Virus record (IMG/VR): IMGVR_UViG_3300037483_000425
Span: 1-64,000 of that record
Direction: 5' to 3' (one strand)
DNA: 64,000 nt
Origin: a virus
Taxonomy: Duplodnaviria > Caudoviricetes
Position 1 is the stretch's first letter, and each line of letters begins with the position of its first letter. The translations under genes were made by a program, and so were the position numbers. This document shows positions 18,576 through 28,500 of the stretch, piece after piece. Below the pieces are notes generated by a model. It saw nothing but the letters and a program-made list of their open reading frames with translations. It made no database searches and had not been told where the DNA came from.

Positions 18576-18965
18576 TTAACAAATTTTTGTTGTTTTTGAA
18601 CTAAACACATCATTGAACAAGTGCGTGCTCCATCCTCGTTCGGCCGGTGTTCCCCTATCTGGTGTAACTTTAGTAAAAAACCCCTGAACTTTATCTTGAA
18701 TTCCAAATGTCAAATCAGGATCTGTATTTCCATTAATTGGATCGTAATACTCAAGCGCGCCATCAATGTAAGAAATAATCACATTAGCATCTTCTTCCAT
18801 TTTTACCTTCTTTTTGATGATTTTGTCTAATTCGTCAAAATCTTCTCCTTTGATCTCTTTAATGTGATCTCGGATAATAAGCGCCTGTTCTTTTGTCAAA
18901 GGCTTGTCATTATTTCTAATTTCAAAAAAGCCCTGTAACCAATATAAAAATTCTATATTATTCAT
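18576..18965 (-). CDS. Phage hypothetical protein with two similar helical halves
   Basis: FLYWLQGFFEI...LTKEQALIIRDHI and ISYIDGALEYY repeats. Confidence 0.7.
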   Translation of the reverse strand: MNNIEFLYWLQGFFEIRNNDKPLTKEQALIIRDHIKEIKGEDFDELDKIIKKKVKMEEDANVIISYIDGALEYYDPINGNTDPDLTFGIQDKVQGFFTKVTPDRGTPAERGWSTHLFNDVFSSKTTKIC

Positions 18966-21106
18966 TTTATTGCTCCATGAGGCAATCCTTCATGATAGCC
19001 TGCCATTGTTTGAGTCTTGTACCGAGCATTTCTCCAAAGTTCGTCAAATGTTCTTGCATTGGAATAGCTCATTCCTGATCGAACTCCCGCCACCAACTCC
19101 CCCACAATCTCTTCAACTGTGCCGCCCTCAGACATTCTTGTATGAGTACCCTCGGAAGCGACCTGTCCACGAGCAGGATCCGCCGCAGAACCCTTATAAA
19201 ACTTTTGTCCATTCGTTGCAGGCGCGGCCGACTCTTTGGCCGGCGCAAGCAAACCGCCAATCATCACCATATTCGCTCCTGCAACAATAGATTTAACAAT
19301 ATCTCCAGAGTAACGAATGCCACCATCTGCAACAAGCAATTTCTCTTCAGCATCTGTCCAATATGCACAATCTTGAATGGCAGAAAATTGTGGAACTCCA
19401 TGACCTGTTACAGTCCTTGTTGTGCAGACAGAATTATGTACAATGCAATTGTTGGCAATAAAACTGTGAGTTGGACAATCTACTTCAATGTCCCAAGTTT
19501 CAATTTCGATTTCTTGTTCTTCTCGATCTCTAAATGTTCCATACCAACAATTTTCAGTAAACCTGTTTGATGTATGAATTTTTACATTGTGCGCTTCGTT
19601 TAGATTATCAAAATTGCATTCAAAACCAGCCGACTTAGACGGAGTGTGAGCATTATAGCTTTTTCCGAGAATAGAACAACAAAAATAAAACAATTCTATT
19701 AATTTTTCACTAGTATTTGTGAAGCAATCCCTGCCATTTTTTTCAGTGTGGCCATCAGAATCAATAAGTCCATCATAAATTCCTAAAACATATTCTTTAT
19801 TACAAGCAAGATATTTTTCATTAAGGCTCTTTTTTTCTCTTTTGCCGAAATCTTCCAAAAGCATAGCAAAATATTTATTGTAGATAATAACAGTTTTTAG
19901 ATTAGCACTTTCGTCAATCGACGGATTAAGTCCATATCCCCGAAGAATGCCAATCAATTTATCAACAATTCTGTCTTCATTTTTCCCAAAATACCAACAA
20001 ACAACCCCACTTCCATTTGGTAAAACTCGTGCATTGCCATCCCCTAAAAAAGTCCCAAATACATACCCTAGATTATATGAACATTTGATCCATCTTTTGA
20101 ATTCTTTGTTTCCATTTGTTTTAATTGTGCCTGTAGTAATTTTCGACCTTATTGAAAACTGAGCCAAATCAATCCCAAAATCAAATTGTAAATGATAATC
20201 AATATTTTTTGGCATCAAAGTCAAAGTTTGATTATTTGTATTTTCAATTTGCTCCCATTTATACTTAGAAGATTTTGGTATTGTCTTTGACTGTTGCTCT
20301 AATAATTTAGATATTCCTTTTGACTGGAATGTCTCCCAAGAAACACTTCGACAATCACCAATCCAATATTTGTGATCAGGCGTAACAAAAGTATCTTTAT
20401 GCCAACTTGATGTTTTCTGTTTAACTACTTTCCTAATTCCGCTATTAATTTTATTAAGTACTCTTACTGGTTTTCCATTCTTATTAATTACAAATTCTCC
20501 AGGATTTATTTTTTCTATATTTTTATATGTACCATTCGCCATAAGAACTTTGGTTCCAGAGGCAAAACAACCAGGACCAACCCCACACTTAATTGCATCT
20601 GCTCCCCACATAATCAAATCATTTGTAGCAGTTCCTGTTGCCACATTTCCTGCCATAATATAAACATCATCGCCCCACTTGTCTCGCATCCACTTGATTG
20701 TCTCTTCCATCTGAATGCTATGACCATGAGCAATGTCAACAATAAACATCCGCGCCCCCGCATTGTAAAGCGCTTCTGCTCTTTCTGGCTCATTAATGCC
20801 AATTGAAACAAAACAATCCCTCGACTCTTCCTCCCCAGGAATAGTGTATGAATATTTTACTCTTCTATATTCAATAACATTTGCTTCAATATCCCAAAAT
20901 CTATGAATGGCCCCAATTCCTCCTGCATCCCACATAGCATTCGCCATTCCTGAATCCGTTACCGTCTTCATGTTGGCCGAAATAATAGGGTTTGGCCTTT
21001 CATATTTCCATATCTTGACGCTCGTGTTCGCTTCAGAACGAGATCTTAATGTGGTCATTTGCGGGATAAGAATAATATCATCAAATGTGTATGATAATGT
21101 TGTCAT
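18962..21106 (-). CDS. IMP dehydrogenase / GMP reductase family enzyme (no CBS domains), intein-interrupted
   Basis: TFDDIILIP, SANMKTVT, VDIAHGHS, GNVAT, KCGVGPG|intein|SVCTTR, ADGGIR, VMIGGLLA. Confidence 0.92.
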   Translation of the reverse strand: MTTLSYTFDDIILIPQMTTLRSRSEANTSVKIWKYERPNPIISANMKTVTDSGMANAMWDAGGIGAIHRFWDIEANVIEYRRVKYSYTIPGEEESRDCFVSIGINEPERAEALYNAGARMFIVDIAHGHSIQMEETIKWMRDKWGDDVYIMAGNVATGTATNDLIMWGADAIKCGVGPGCFASGTKVLMANGTYKNIEKINPGEFVINKNGKPVRVLNKINSGIRKVVKQKTSSWHKDTFVTPDHKYWIGDCRSVSWETFQSKGISKLLEQQSKTIPKSSKYKWEQIENTNNQTLTLMPKNIDYHLQFDFGIDLAQFSIRSKITTGTIKTNGNKEFKRWIKCSYNLGYVFGTFLGDGNARVLPNGSGVVCWYFGKNEDRIVDKLIGILRGYGLNPSIDESANLKTVIIYNKYFAMLLEDFGKREKKSLNEKYLACNKEYVLGIYDGLIDSDGHTEKNGRDCFTNTSEKLIELFYFCCSILGKSYNAHTPSKSAGFECNFDNLNEAHNVKIHTSNRFTENCWYGTFRDREEQEIEIETWDIEVDCPTHSFIANNCIVHNSVCTTRTVTGHGVPQFSAIQDCAYWTDAEEKLLVADGGIRYSGDIVKSIVAGANMVMIGGLLAPAKESAAPATNGQKFYKGSAADPARGQVASEGTHTRMSEGGTVEEIVGELVAGVRSGMSYSNARTFDELWRNARYKTQTMAGYHEGLPHGAIK
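19433..20569 (-). mobile_element. Intein (379 aa) with LAGLIDADG homing endonuclease
   Basis: Starts CFASGTKVLMANG, block B TPDHKYW, GTFLGDG and GLIDSDG motifs, ends HSFIANNCIVHN followed by Ser. Confidence 0.93.
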
Positions 21107-22020
21107 TATATTTTCCACCATTGAATGGTTTTTTCAAGACCATCCCAAAAACGAACCTTTGGCTCATATCCATACTTGGATAATGCTGATATATCAGCTT
21201 GCGTATGCTTCACATCGCCTGGTCTTTCTGGGGCGTGCTCTATATTAAGATCTCCAAACCTCTTTTTAAGAAATTCTAATATTTCGTTATTTGAGGTTCG
21301 ATCACCACAAGCAACATTGAAACAATCACCTTTGAAGATCGTATCAGCTGTTGCAACAATAATGTTAGCATCCACAACATTATCTACATAGCAAAGATCT
21401 CGACTTTGTTCTCCATCCCCATCGGAACGAAGAGGCGTTCCGTGCTTAATCGCATGACACCAAGCAGCAACCGCTGTGCTATAAGGAGAATCACCATATT
21501 GATAGGGTCCAAATACATTGAAATAACGTAAGCAAACAATATCCAATCCGTACAGCCTATGAAACATTTTGGCAAAATCTTCAATCGTTTTCTTTTGCAA
21601 TGCATAAGGAGAAACGGGATTCAAAGGTTCCGTTTCTTTTGTTGGCATATTCTTTGCTCCACCATAAACAGAAGAACTTGAAGCAAAGACAAACCGATTC
21701 ACGTTACCACGTGCCGCCTCCATTAGCTTGATCGTTTTTGCAATATTTGTTTCGGTTGTTTCATAAGGTTGCTCAACAGATAATGAAACCCTTGGCATGG
21801 CCGCTTGGTGAAAAATAACATCGAATTCACTATTGGAGACCTTATCCAAAATGATTGGATCAGCAAAATCCATGGTGAAATTTTCTTTTCCCATGAAAAA
21901 CTCATTGTGACCAGAGGATAGATCATCCACAACGGTAACATCTAACCCCATATTCATTAATCTTTCGGTTAAGTTGCTGCCAATAAAACCGGCTCCGCCT
22001 GTGACTAATATTTTCTTCAT
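21106..22020 (-). CDS. NAD-dependent NDP-sugar epimerase/dehydratase (extended SDR)
   Basis: ILVTGGAGFIG, ASSSSVYG, YALQK, RYFNVFGP. Confidence 0.93.
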   Translation of the reverse strand: MKKILVTGGAGFIGSNLTERLMNMGLDVTVVDDLSSGHNEFFMGKENFTMDFADPIILDKVSNSEFDVIFHQAAMPRVSLSVEQPYETTETNIAKTIKLMEAARGNVNRFVFASSSSVYGGAKNMPTKETEPLNPVSPYALQKKTIEDFAKMFHRLYGLDIVCLRYFNVFGPYQYGDSPYSTAVAAWCHAIKHGTPLRSDGDGEQSRDLCYVDNVVDANIIVATADTIFKGDCFNVACGDRTSNNEILEFLKKRFGDLNIEHAPERPGDVKHTQADISALSKYGYEPKVRFWDGLEKTIQWWKI

Positions 22021-22205
22021 TCTTTCCTCAACTTCTTTAATGTTTCATCAATAAAATCCATAGAAAGGTCCATCCAATAAGCTGCTGTTTCCTGAATCAA
22101 ACTATAATGCTGACCAGGGTTCAAAAGCTTTGCCAACTCTAAGCATTTTTCCGCTTTTGCTAGTTCAGGATCATTTTTATTCACAATATTGTCTAATTTA
22201 TTCAT
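22017..22205 (-). CDS. Small hypothetical protein
   Basis: 62 aa, coupled overlaps. Confidence 0.6.
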   Translation of the reverse strand: MNKLDNIVNKNDPELAKAEKCLELAKLLNPGQHYSLIQETAAYWMDLSMDFIDETLKKLRKE

Positions 22206-22654
22206 AAAATCTCCGATAAAAATGTTTGTATTCTTTCTCTTAATTCAGGATGTGCAGGATTCCCCCATCGATCATACCCAATAACATTACAGATAACAAT
22301 TTTGTCCTTATTGTTGTTAATTGATTCTTGCAATTTCTCAACAAATTCAGATGGAATATTATCTCTTTTGGTAAAAAGATCTGTATTAAGAAATAATTCT
22401 TCCAGATTTGGACGATTACAAACTATTGTTAAATCTGAATCTTCAATTTGGCGAGAGATAACACTAGGATGCCACCGCATAAAACCTGTTGCATATACAT
22501 TTTTATATCCCAGTGCACTCAAATGCATTGCCATGCTAACACTTCTAACCTGACCATAATTGCAAAGTGTTAAAAGTTTTATTTCTTCTTTTTGCTTATT
22601 TGGCAGATCTGACACCAATAGTTTGTCTCTATATTCCATATCTAATTTACTCAT
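22202..22654 (-). CDS. Low-molecular-weight phosphatase-like protein
   Basis: LLTLCNYGQVRS = CX5RS P-loop after the first strand. Confidence 0.6.
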   Translation of the reverse strand: MSKLDMEYRDKLLVSDLPNKQKEEIKLLTLCNYGQVRSVSMAMHLSALGYKNVYATGFMRWHPSVISRQIEDSDLTIVCNRPNLEELFLNTDLFTKRDNIPSEFVEKLQESINNNKDKIVICNVIGYDRWGNPAHPELRERIQTFLSEIL

Positions 22655-22832
22655 TTATAGCCTCCCAATTGCCACCCACATTAAAAGAAAATGTTATGTA
22701 ATCTATCTTTTTGTGGACATAAACCGTCCCAGAAAACCTATTATTTAGTACATCATCTAATTTGGGTCCATTCATTTTAATGGAAAAAGATAAAGAATCT
22801 CTGATTTCTTGAGAGATATTATTAAGTTTCAT
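22647..22832 (-). CDS. Small hypothetical protein
   Basis: 61 aa. Confidence 0.55.
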   Translation of the reverse strand: MKLNNISQEIRDSLSFSIKMNGPKLDDVLNNRFSGTVYVHKKIDYITFSFNVGGNWEAINE

Positions 22833-23407
22833 TTTGTTTCTCCATAAGCAAAATGATGTCGATCAACATGATTTTGCTTAATATTTGCGCTTACATATTC
22901 AAGGTTTGGCATGACTCGATAAATAAGTTCCCACAACCCTTTGTCTGGATATTCTTCTTTAAGTTTGCTTATGTCGTCCGAGCCGGGTGGTCCCGTTACC
23001 ATCATTTCAATAATTAATGAAGCTTTATCACAAACTTTGACCATTTGTTTTGTAATTCCGTCTGGCGGTTCCACCCCTAAAAATGACCAAATTTTGCTGT
23101 CCAAAGCATCTTCAAGACTATGAATGGCATTTCTAACTTCTGGTGTATGATTTTTAATTGGGGAAGGAATGTCTCCAGTATAAGCTTCATGAAAATCATG
23201 CCCCAATGCGTAAACCATCTTATCCAAAGGAAATCCCGCAACCATCCAAATGATTGCTACAAGAACGCTATGATGTAAAACAGAAAACTCATTGTCTCCG
23301 TTATTGCCAAAGCGTTTGTAACGTCCAAGAAGAACTACAATGTCCAATGGGCAAACAAGCCCATGTTCCCCCGATAATGGGGACAATTGTCCGGTCCATG
23401 TTCTCAT
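22829..23407 (-). CDS. HD-domain phosphohydrolase (YfbR/deoxynucleotidase-like)
   Basis: FSVLHHS, GHDFHEAYTGDIPSPIK, VKVCD. Confidence 0.85.
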   Translation of the reverse strand: MRTWTGQLSPLSGEHGLVCPLDIVVLLGRYKRFGNNGDNEFSVLHHSVLVAIIWMVAGFPLDKMVYALGHDFHEAYTGDIPSPIKNHTPEVRNAIHSLEDALDSKIWSFLGVEPPDGITKQMVKVCDKASLIIEMMVTGPPGSDDISKLKEEYPDKGLWELIYRVMPNLEYVSANIKQNHVDRHHFAYGETK

Positions 23408-24096
23408 ACTATCACCTTAATATTCGCCTTCTCAAAATGCGCAGTCGCATTCTCACTCAATGGAAACCTATAACAAATCGGGAATAGAGCGCTTATTCCA
23501 ATATCTTCATTAGTGGTTTTGGAGATAACCTTTTCTTCATTGCCAACTCTCATTACCGACTTTATCTCTATTGAAAAATCTTCCATATCATCGTAATATC
23601 GAATTGCAGCACATACTGGACCTTCGAAAACTTCGCATATTGTTAGCTGTTTTGATCCCAAAAGCATAACAACATTTGACCTTCGATGAAGATTGCCAAG
23701 AGTTACAACTCCCATATATCTTCTAATGCGATCTCCCCTTTCGTTATATTCCGACCATCCAGCATATTTGATGTGCTTATGAGAATTGGGAGAAAATTTC
23801 CATCTTCCCGACCTTCCTATCTCATATTGCTCAGTTGTTATAGAATAGAAAGGGAAATAAAACCTACAAAGACCATCATCTATGCGCCACAACTCTTTTG
23901 CATATGAATATAAAGCTTGAAAAGTCATGTCAGATTTGACATCAATAATCTTTCTGTCTGTATCAAAAGTAACATCATAATTTGTAATCAAATTTGGATC
24001 TTTAATGATTTTCAAATCTTGAACAGAGATAAGCTCTCCATACTTTTTCCAATAAGCATCAAAACAAACACTTGAACAAATATTATTCAGTTTCAT
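23404..24096 (-). CDS. Hypothetical protein
   Basis: 230-aa ORF. Confidence 0.7.
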   Translation of the reverse strand: MKLNNICSSVCFDAYWKKYGELISVQDLKIIKDPNLITNYDVTFDTDRKIIDVKSDMTFQALYSYAKELWRIDDGLCRFYFPFYSITTEQYEIGRSGRWKFSPNSHKHIKYAGWSEYNERGDRIRRYMGVVTLGNLHRRSNVVMLLGSKQLTICEVFEGPVCAAIRYYDDMEDFSIEIKSVMRVGNEEKVISKTTNEDIGISALFPICYRFPLSENATAHFEKANIKVIV

Positions 24097-24286
24097 TCTT
24101 CTTTTCCTCTTTTAATTTGTCAATTTCTGCTTGAAGAGCAGAACATCTCATGTCAACATAATACTCAATCGCCTCGCAAAGCTCTCCGATCGCGCTATTC
24201 ACTGCAATTCTCTTTGTCCAAGACAAAAGATCCAAAAGCTTAAGCGTCTTTGGGGCTTTCTGTTTTAAAACTTGATCTAATTTCAT
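24083..24286 (-). CDS. Small hypothetical protein
   Basis: Likely start MKLDQVL with GAGG RBS. Confidence 0.6.
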   Translation of the reverse strand: MKLDQVLKQKAPKTLKLLDLLSWTKRIAVNSAIGELCEAIEYYVDMRCSALQAEIDKLKEEKKNETE

Positions 24287-24294
24287 ATTTCCTC

Positions 24295-25314
24295 TCAGAA
24301 TAGTTTCTCTTTCCATGTTTTGGGAATATTGTCCTTGTTGTCGATTTCTAACTGAACATGATAATCAAATGACATAGCGCCTCGATTGCGAATATAATTA
24401 ACAATAGATTTGATTCCTTCTTCTAAAGTAATGGTTGGCTTAAATCCAAACTTTTCACGAATCTTATTGGATGAACAAATAGGTCTTTTTACTTCGAATG
24501 GCCTATACGGAACAATCTCAGGTTCTACGTTTGATCCCATAATATTAATAACAAGATAAGCCAAGTCTAAAAGAGAGATTTCCCTATCATCGGGTCCGAT
24601 GTTGAAGATTTCTCCATTCTCTCTCAGATCATAGTCTAACAGCTTGATGAATAAATTTACATCATCCTGGATCATCGAAAAGCATCGCGTTTGACCCCCT
24701 CCATAGACAACAGGACTTCTTCCTTGCAATATAAGATTAACCCATATTGATATAACATTTCTAAACGGATCTGTATATCGTTGCCTGGGACCTATCACGT
24801 TGTGTGGAACCGTGTGAATGACTTCCAGGCCATGCAGTTTTGCTAATAGGTTTAACTGGTCTTCTGCTGCCACTTTCGCCAAGGCATATGGGTCAACCGG
24901 ACATGTCCGCATATCTTCTGTGAATGGAGATTCCTGATCTCCATATCGGCTCATGGAAGAGCAGTTTATAAAACGTTTAACGCCAGCCTTGATGGCGGCA
25001 GTAGCAACGTTGACTGTTCCTGTGAAAACGCTATTAGAGATACTCGCGGGAGCAAAAACACTATATCCTTCATGCGCCAAAGCTGCGGTGTGATAAACAA
25101 CATCGCAACCCATCATTTCTTGTGCCATCGTCTCTACTTCATCGATATCAGTTATATCCAACGTCAACAAACTATGATTTGGATGCTGAATGACGGAATC
25201 AGGATATCCTCCAATGAAATTTTCAAAAGAAACAACCTTGTGTCCTTGTTCTAGAAGTTTTTCAGAAATCCATGAGCCAATCAATCCTGCTGGACCAGTA
25301 AGTGCAATTTTCAT
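24295..25314 (-). CDS. NAD-dependent NDP-sugar epimerase/dehydratase (second copy)
   Basis: IALTGPAGLIG, CSSMSRYG, YALAK, HNVIGP. Confidence 0.92.
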   Translation of the reverse strand: MKIALTGPAGLIGSWISEKLLEQGHKVVSFENFIGGYPDSVIQHPNHSLLTLDITDIDEVETMAQEMMGCDVVYHTAALAHEGYSVFAPASISNSVFTGTVNVATAAIKAGVKRFINCSSMSRYGDQESPFTEDMRTCPVDPYALAKVAAEDQLNLLAKLHGLEVIHTVPHNVIGPRQRYTDPFRNVISIWVNLILQGRSPVVYGGGQTRCFSMIQDDVNLFIKLLDYDLRENGEIFNIGPDDREISLLDLAYLVINIMGSNVEPEIVPYRPFEVKRPICSSNKIREKFGFKPTITLEEGIKSIVNYIRNRGAMSFDYHVQLEIDNKDNIPKTWKEKLF

Positions 25315-25321
25315 AAGAATA

Positions 25322-25546
25322 TTATATATTATCTATCTTTTCAAGATAGCAATCATGTAAAATGACCTTTTCTCTTCCCACTAAAACAACCGAATTTTGG
25401 TGGCTAGGATAAACTTTTGTTTTTGCTATCACCAATCCGATCCTTCCCTCCAATCCCCTTTTCAAATCAGGCACTTGCGGATACCTTTGTCCAGGAGTTA
25501 TCTTTTTTACTCTAACGATGCAAGGAGGTTCAAACTTATAAGACAC
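25322..25546 (-). CDS. Small SH3/KOW-like hypothetical protein
   Basis: VRVKK...GRIGLVIAK...SVVLV pattern. Confidence 0.55.
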   Translation of the reverse strand: MSYKFEPPCIVRVKKITPGQRYPQVPDLKRGLEGRIGLVIAKTKVYPSHQNSVVLVGREKVILHDCYLEKIDNI

Positions 25547-28500
25547 TTATGTAGGTATTTCCATGACCTCAGAAATTTTGGCAGAATATCCTCTTTCATT
25601 AGAATTTACATATCCTAAGTAGCCTTTCAATTTGTCCATATTTGAATCATCCGTCCAATCCCACAAGCATACTCTTTCCTGTTTACCTGATATTCCGCTT
25701 ACAGTCATAATCAAAAAGGGCTTCCCATACTGTGTCTTTTTTACAATATAGTCCTCAAGAATAAACCATACTAACGCAGCCGGCGCATTCTCAGGGAATT
25801 CATTAATTGAAACATATCCCTTTTCTCTCAATTTGTTCTGCGCTTTCTTGGAAAGAATCAAATCTAAATCCATTTCTCCCATAAGCTCTTTGTAAATGGA
25901 TAGCTTCTCTTGAATGCTCCAGTCTGAAGAATCTGTTTCAGCAGCTAAATTATCAAGCTTCTCACATTGCGTATCCCAATTATCTTTCTTAAGCCTCTTC
26001 TTCAAAAGCATCCAATTATCAATAATGGTTCGAAACATATGAGCATAATTGGAAAATAACTTTCCATCTCCAACGCAATTAAGGCTATCAAATGCTCCAA
26101 TCTTAAGCAAAGCGGAAACATTCCTTTTATTGCACTTGCTGTGCTTAAAATTCCCTTCATCGTCCCATAAAAAGTCATAGATTGATGAATACGGTCTTTT
26201 TGACTCAATCTCTGCAACCGCTGTTTTCCCTGCGCCTTTACACGAGATAAAGGAAGGCATGAACTTTTTGGAATTATCAACAACGGTCCAGTGATCCGTT
26301 GCCTTATTAATATCAATATTTGCAATATCATATCCAAAACCTTTTAGCTCAGATATGGCTTTCGCTTTTTCGTCCGGATTTCCGAGCTGAGTTTCAACAT
26401 AAGCACAGAGCCATTCCGGCTCATAATAAGTCAAAAGCCATGCGCAGAGATAAGAGTTAATGGCATAAGAAACGGCGTGAGAATTGCTAACGCTAATTCC
26501 ATTTGCATAAAAAGAGTGATCAGGATGATCAACTTCCAGATCATAAGTTTCTCCATGCCCAATAGTCTCAACTTTTTGAATTTTGTCGTATAAGGCATCA
26601 GATATAACTATACTCATGCCATTGTTTATGATGGCTTTTAGCGGGACCATACCATTTTTTGTTTGGATTTTATGATCCAAAGTACAAATAAGAGTCTTCC
26701 CACTTTCTGTTGTTATTTTTACTAATTTCTTTTTTCCATTACAAATCCGATCTTTCACTTGAACCCACCCATTAATGCTATTTACAAAATCTCCAATATT
26801 TACATCTTTAATTTTCGTATTTCCGATCCCTTTTACTTCAACAATTGTATTTTCCCACAAACACTTATTGAACGAATATTTTGCAAAAGACTTAATGTTT
26901 TCATACAAGGATTCTGCCAGACTTTTTGATATGCCATTATTTAAAGCCCCTTCAATAAATGCTTTTTCTAATTCAAGAGCTTTCATGTATAAAGGCGTCC
27001 CAGGTTCTGGTTTTTTTGACACCACTTTTCTCAAAGTGTCACAATCGTCTAATGGTAATCCTCCAACCACATTGCCCAATTTCATTGCTTGTTCCTGAAA
27101 AACAAGATAACCATAAGTTTCTTCCAAGACTTCCTTGATTAAAGGATGAGGGTATTTTATTTTGCTTGGGTCCTGTTTCGCTTTAGAATATTTCCGATGG
27201 ACATGTGCCTCCATGGGGCCAGGACGATATACCGACGTAAGCGCGGCAATATCGATAATATTTCTCGGCTTGGCTTCCATAAAGAATCTTTGCGTATCTC
27301 TTTGCGAACACTGAAAAATACCAGCAAAATTTCCTGCGCGGTAAACATGTTCGTACACATGTTGATCATCCAAATCAATAACATTTGGATGAAGATTAGA
27401 ATCATACCATTTTTTAATGTCTTCAAATTCTGGATTTTTTATATTATGGTGACGCTCAAGAATAAGAGCAATGCACTGCTCAATAATTTTCAATGTTTCT
27501 AAACCAAGAAGATCATACTTTACCCACCCCAGAGGCTCTAAATAATCTTTCGTCCAAGGTGTCTGTTTGACATTTTTAGACAAAATTGTAGGCATTCTTT
27601 CAAAAATATTCTCTGAAAGAATAATCCCACCAGCATGCCTGCTAATTGCTTTTTGTTCTCCTGTCAATTCTAGAATATGCTCTCCAACATTAGGGTATTT
27701 CTCAATAAATTCTCTAAACCTCAAAGAATACTTCATCGCATTATCATAATCAATTGACACCTTTTCAAGATCGTCTTTTTTTGACCCTGCAATTATCTCT
27801 TTGTCTACATTTTTAATCGCATTATTAGCTTCAACAAACTCAATTCCATAAAATTTAGCAAGATCCTTGGTCAAGCTCTTCAAACTTAAAGAATTGATGT
27901 TTGAAATTGCGATTACATTTTCATCACCAAATTCTTTCATTAAGAGTTTTCTTAATAAGTCTCGATCAGAAAAGTCGCTGTCAATATCAGGAAGTTCGGA
28001 CCTATCTTTGCTTAAAAATCTTGAAAAAAGCAAATCATATTTTAAAGGATCAATTCCTGTAATGTCAAGAACATAACATAATAACGAAGCGCTAGCAGAC
28101 CCTCTGCCGAATCCAACAAGCATATGCTTATGGGCAAGATCTGTAATCGCTTTCATTGTAAGAAAATACTTTGCAAAATCTTTCTCTTTAATGACTTGCA
28201 ATTCTTCATTAAGTCGAACAATGTAATCAAGCTGATTGTCTAAACCTTTTGCTTCCAATCCTTCTTTCGCCATCTTCGCCAATGCTTGCATTGGCTTGAG
28301 ACCCTCCGGAACCGTATACGAAGGTAACTTAACCTTTCTGTCAGGCTCAATGTCTTCAATCATATCATGCGCAATATCGTAAGACCTTTCAATAGCTTCG
28401 CAAACAATATCGTCTTCATAAAAGTCATATTTGGGCTTATGCTCCAAATATTCATCCCACATTTGATCGGCATTCTTTGGATATAGTTCGCACTTTAATT

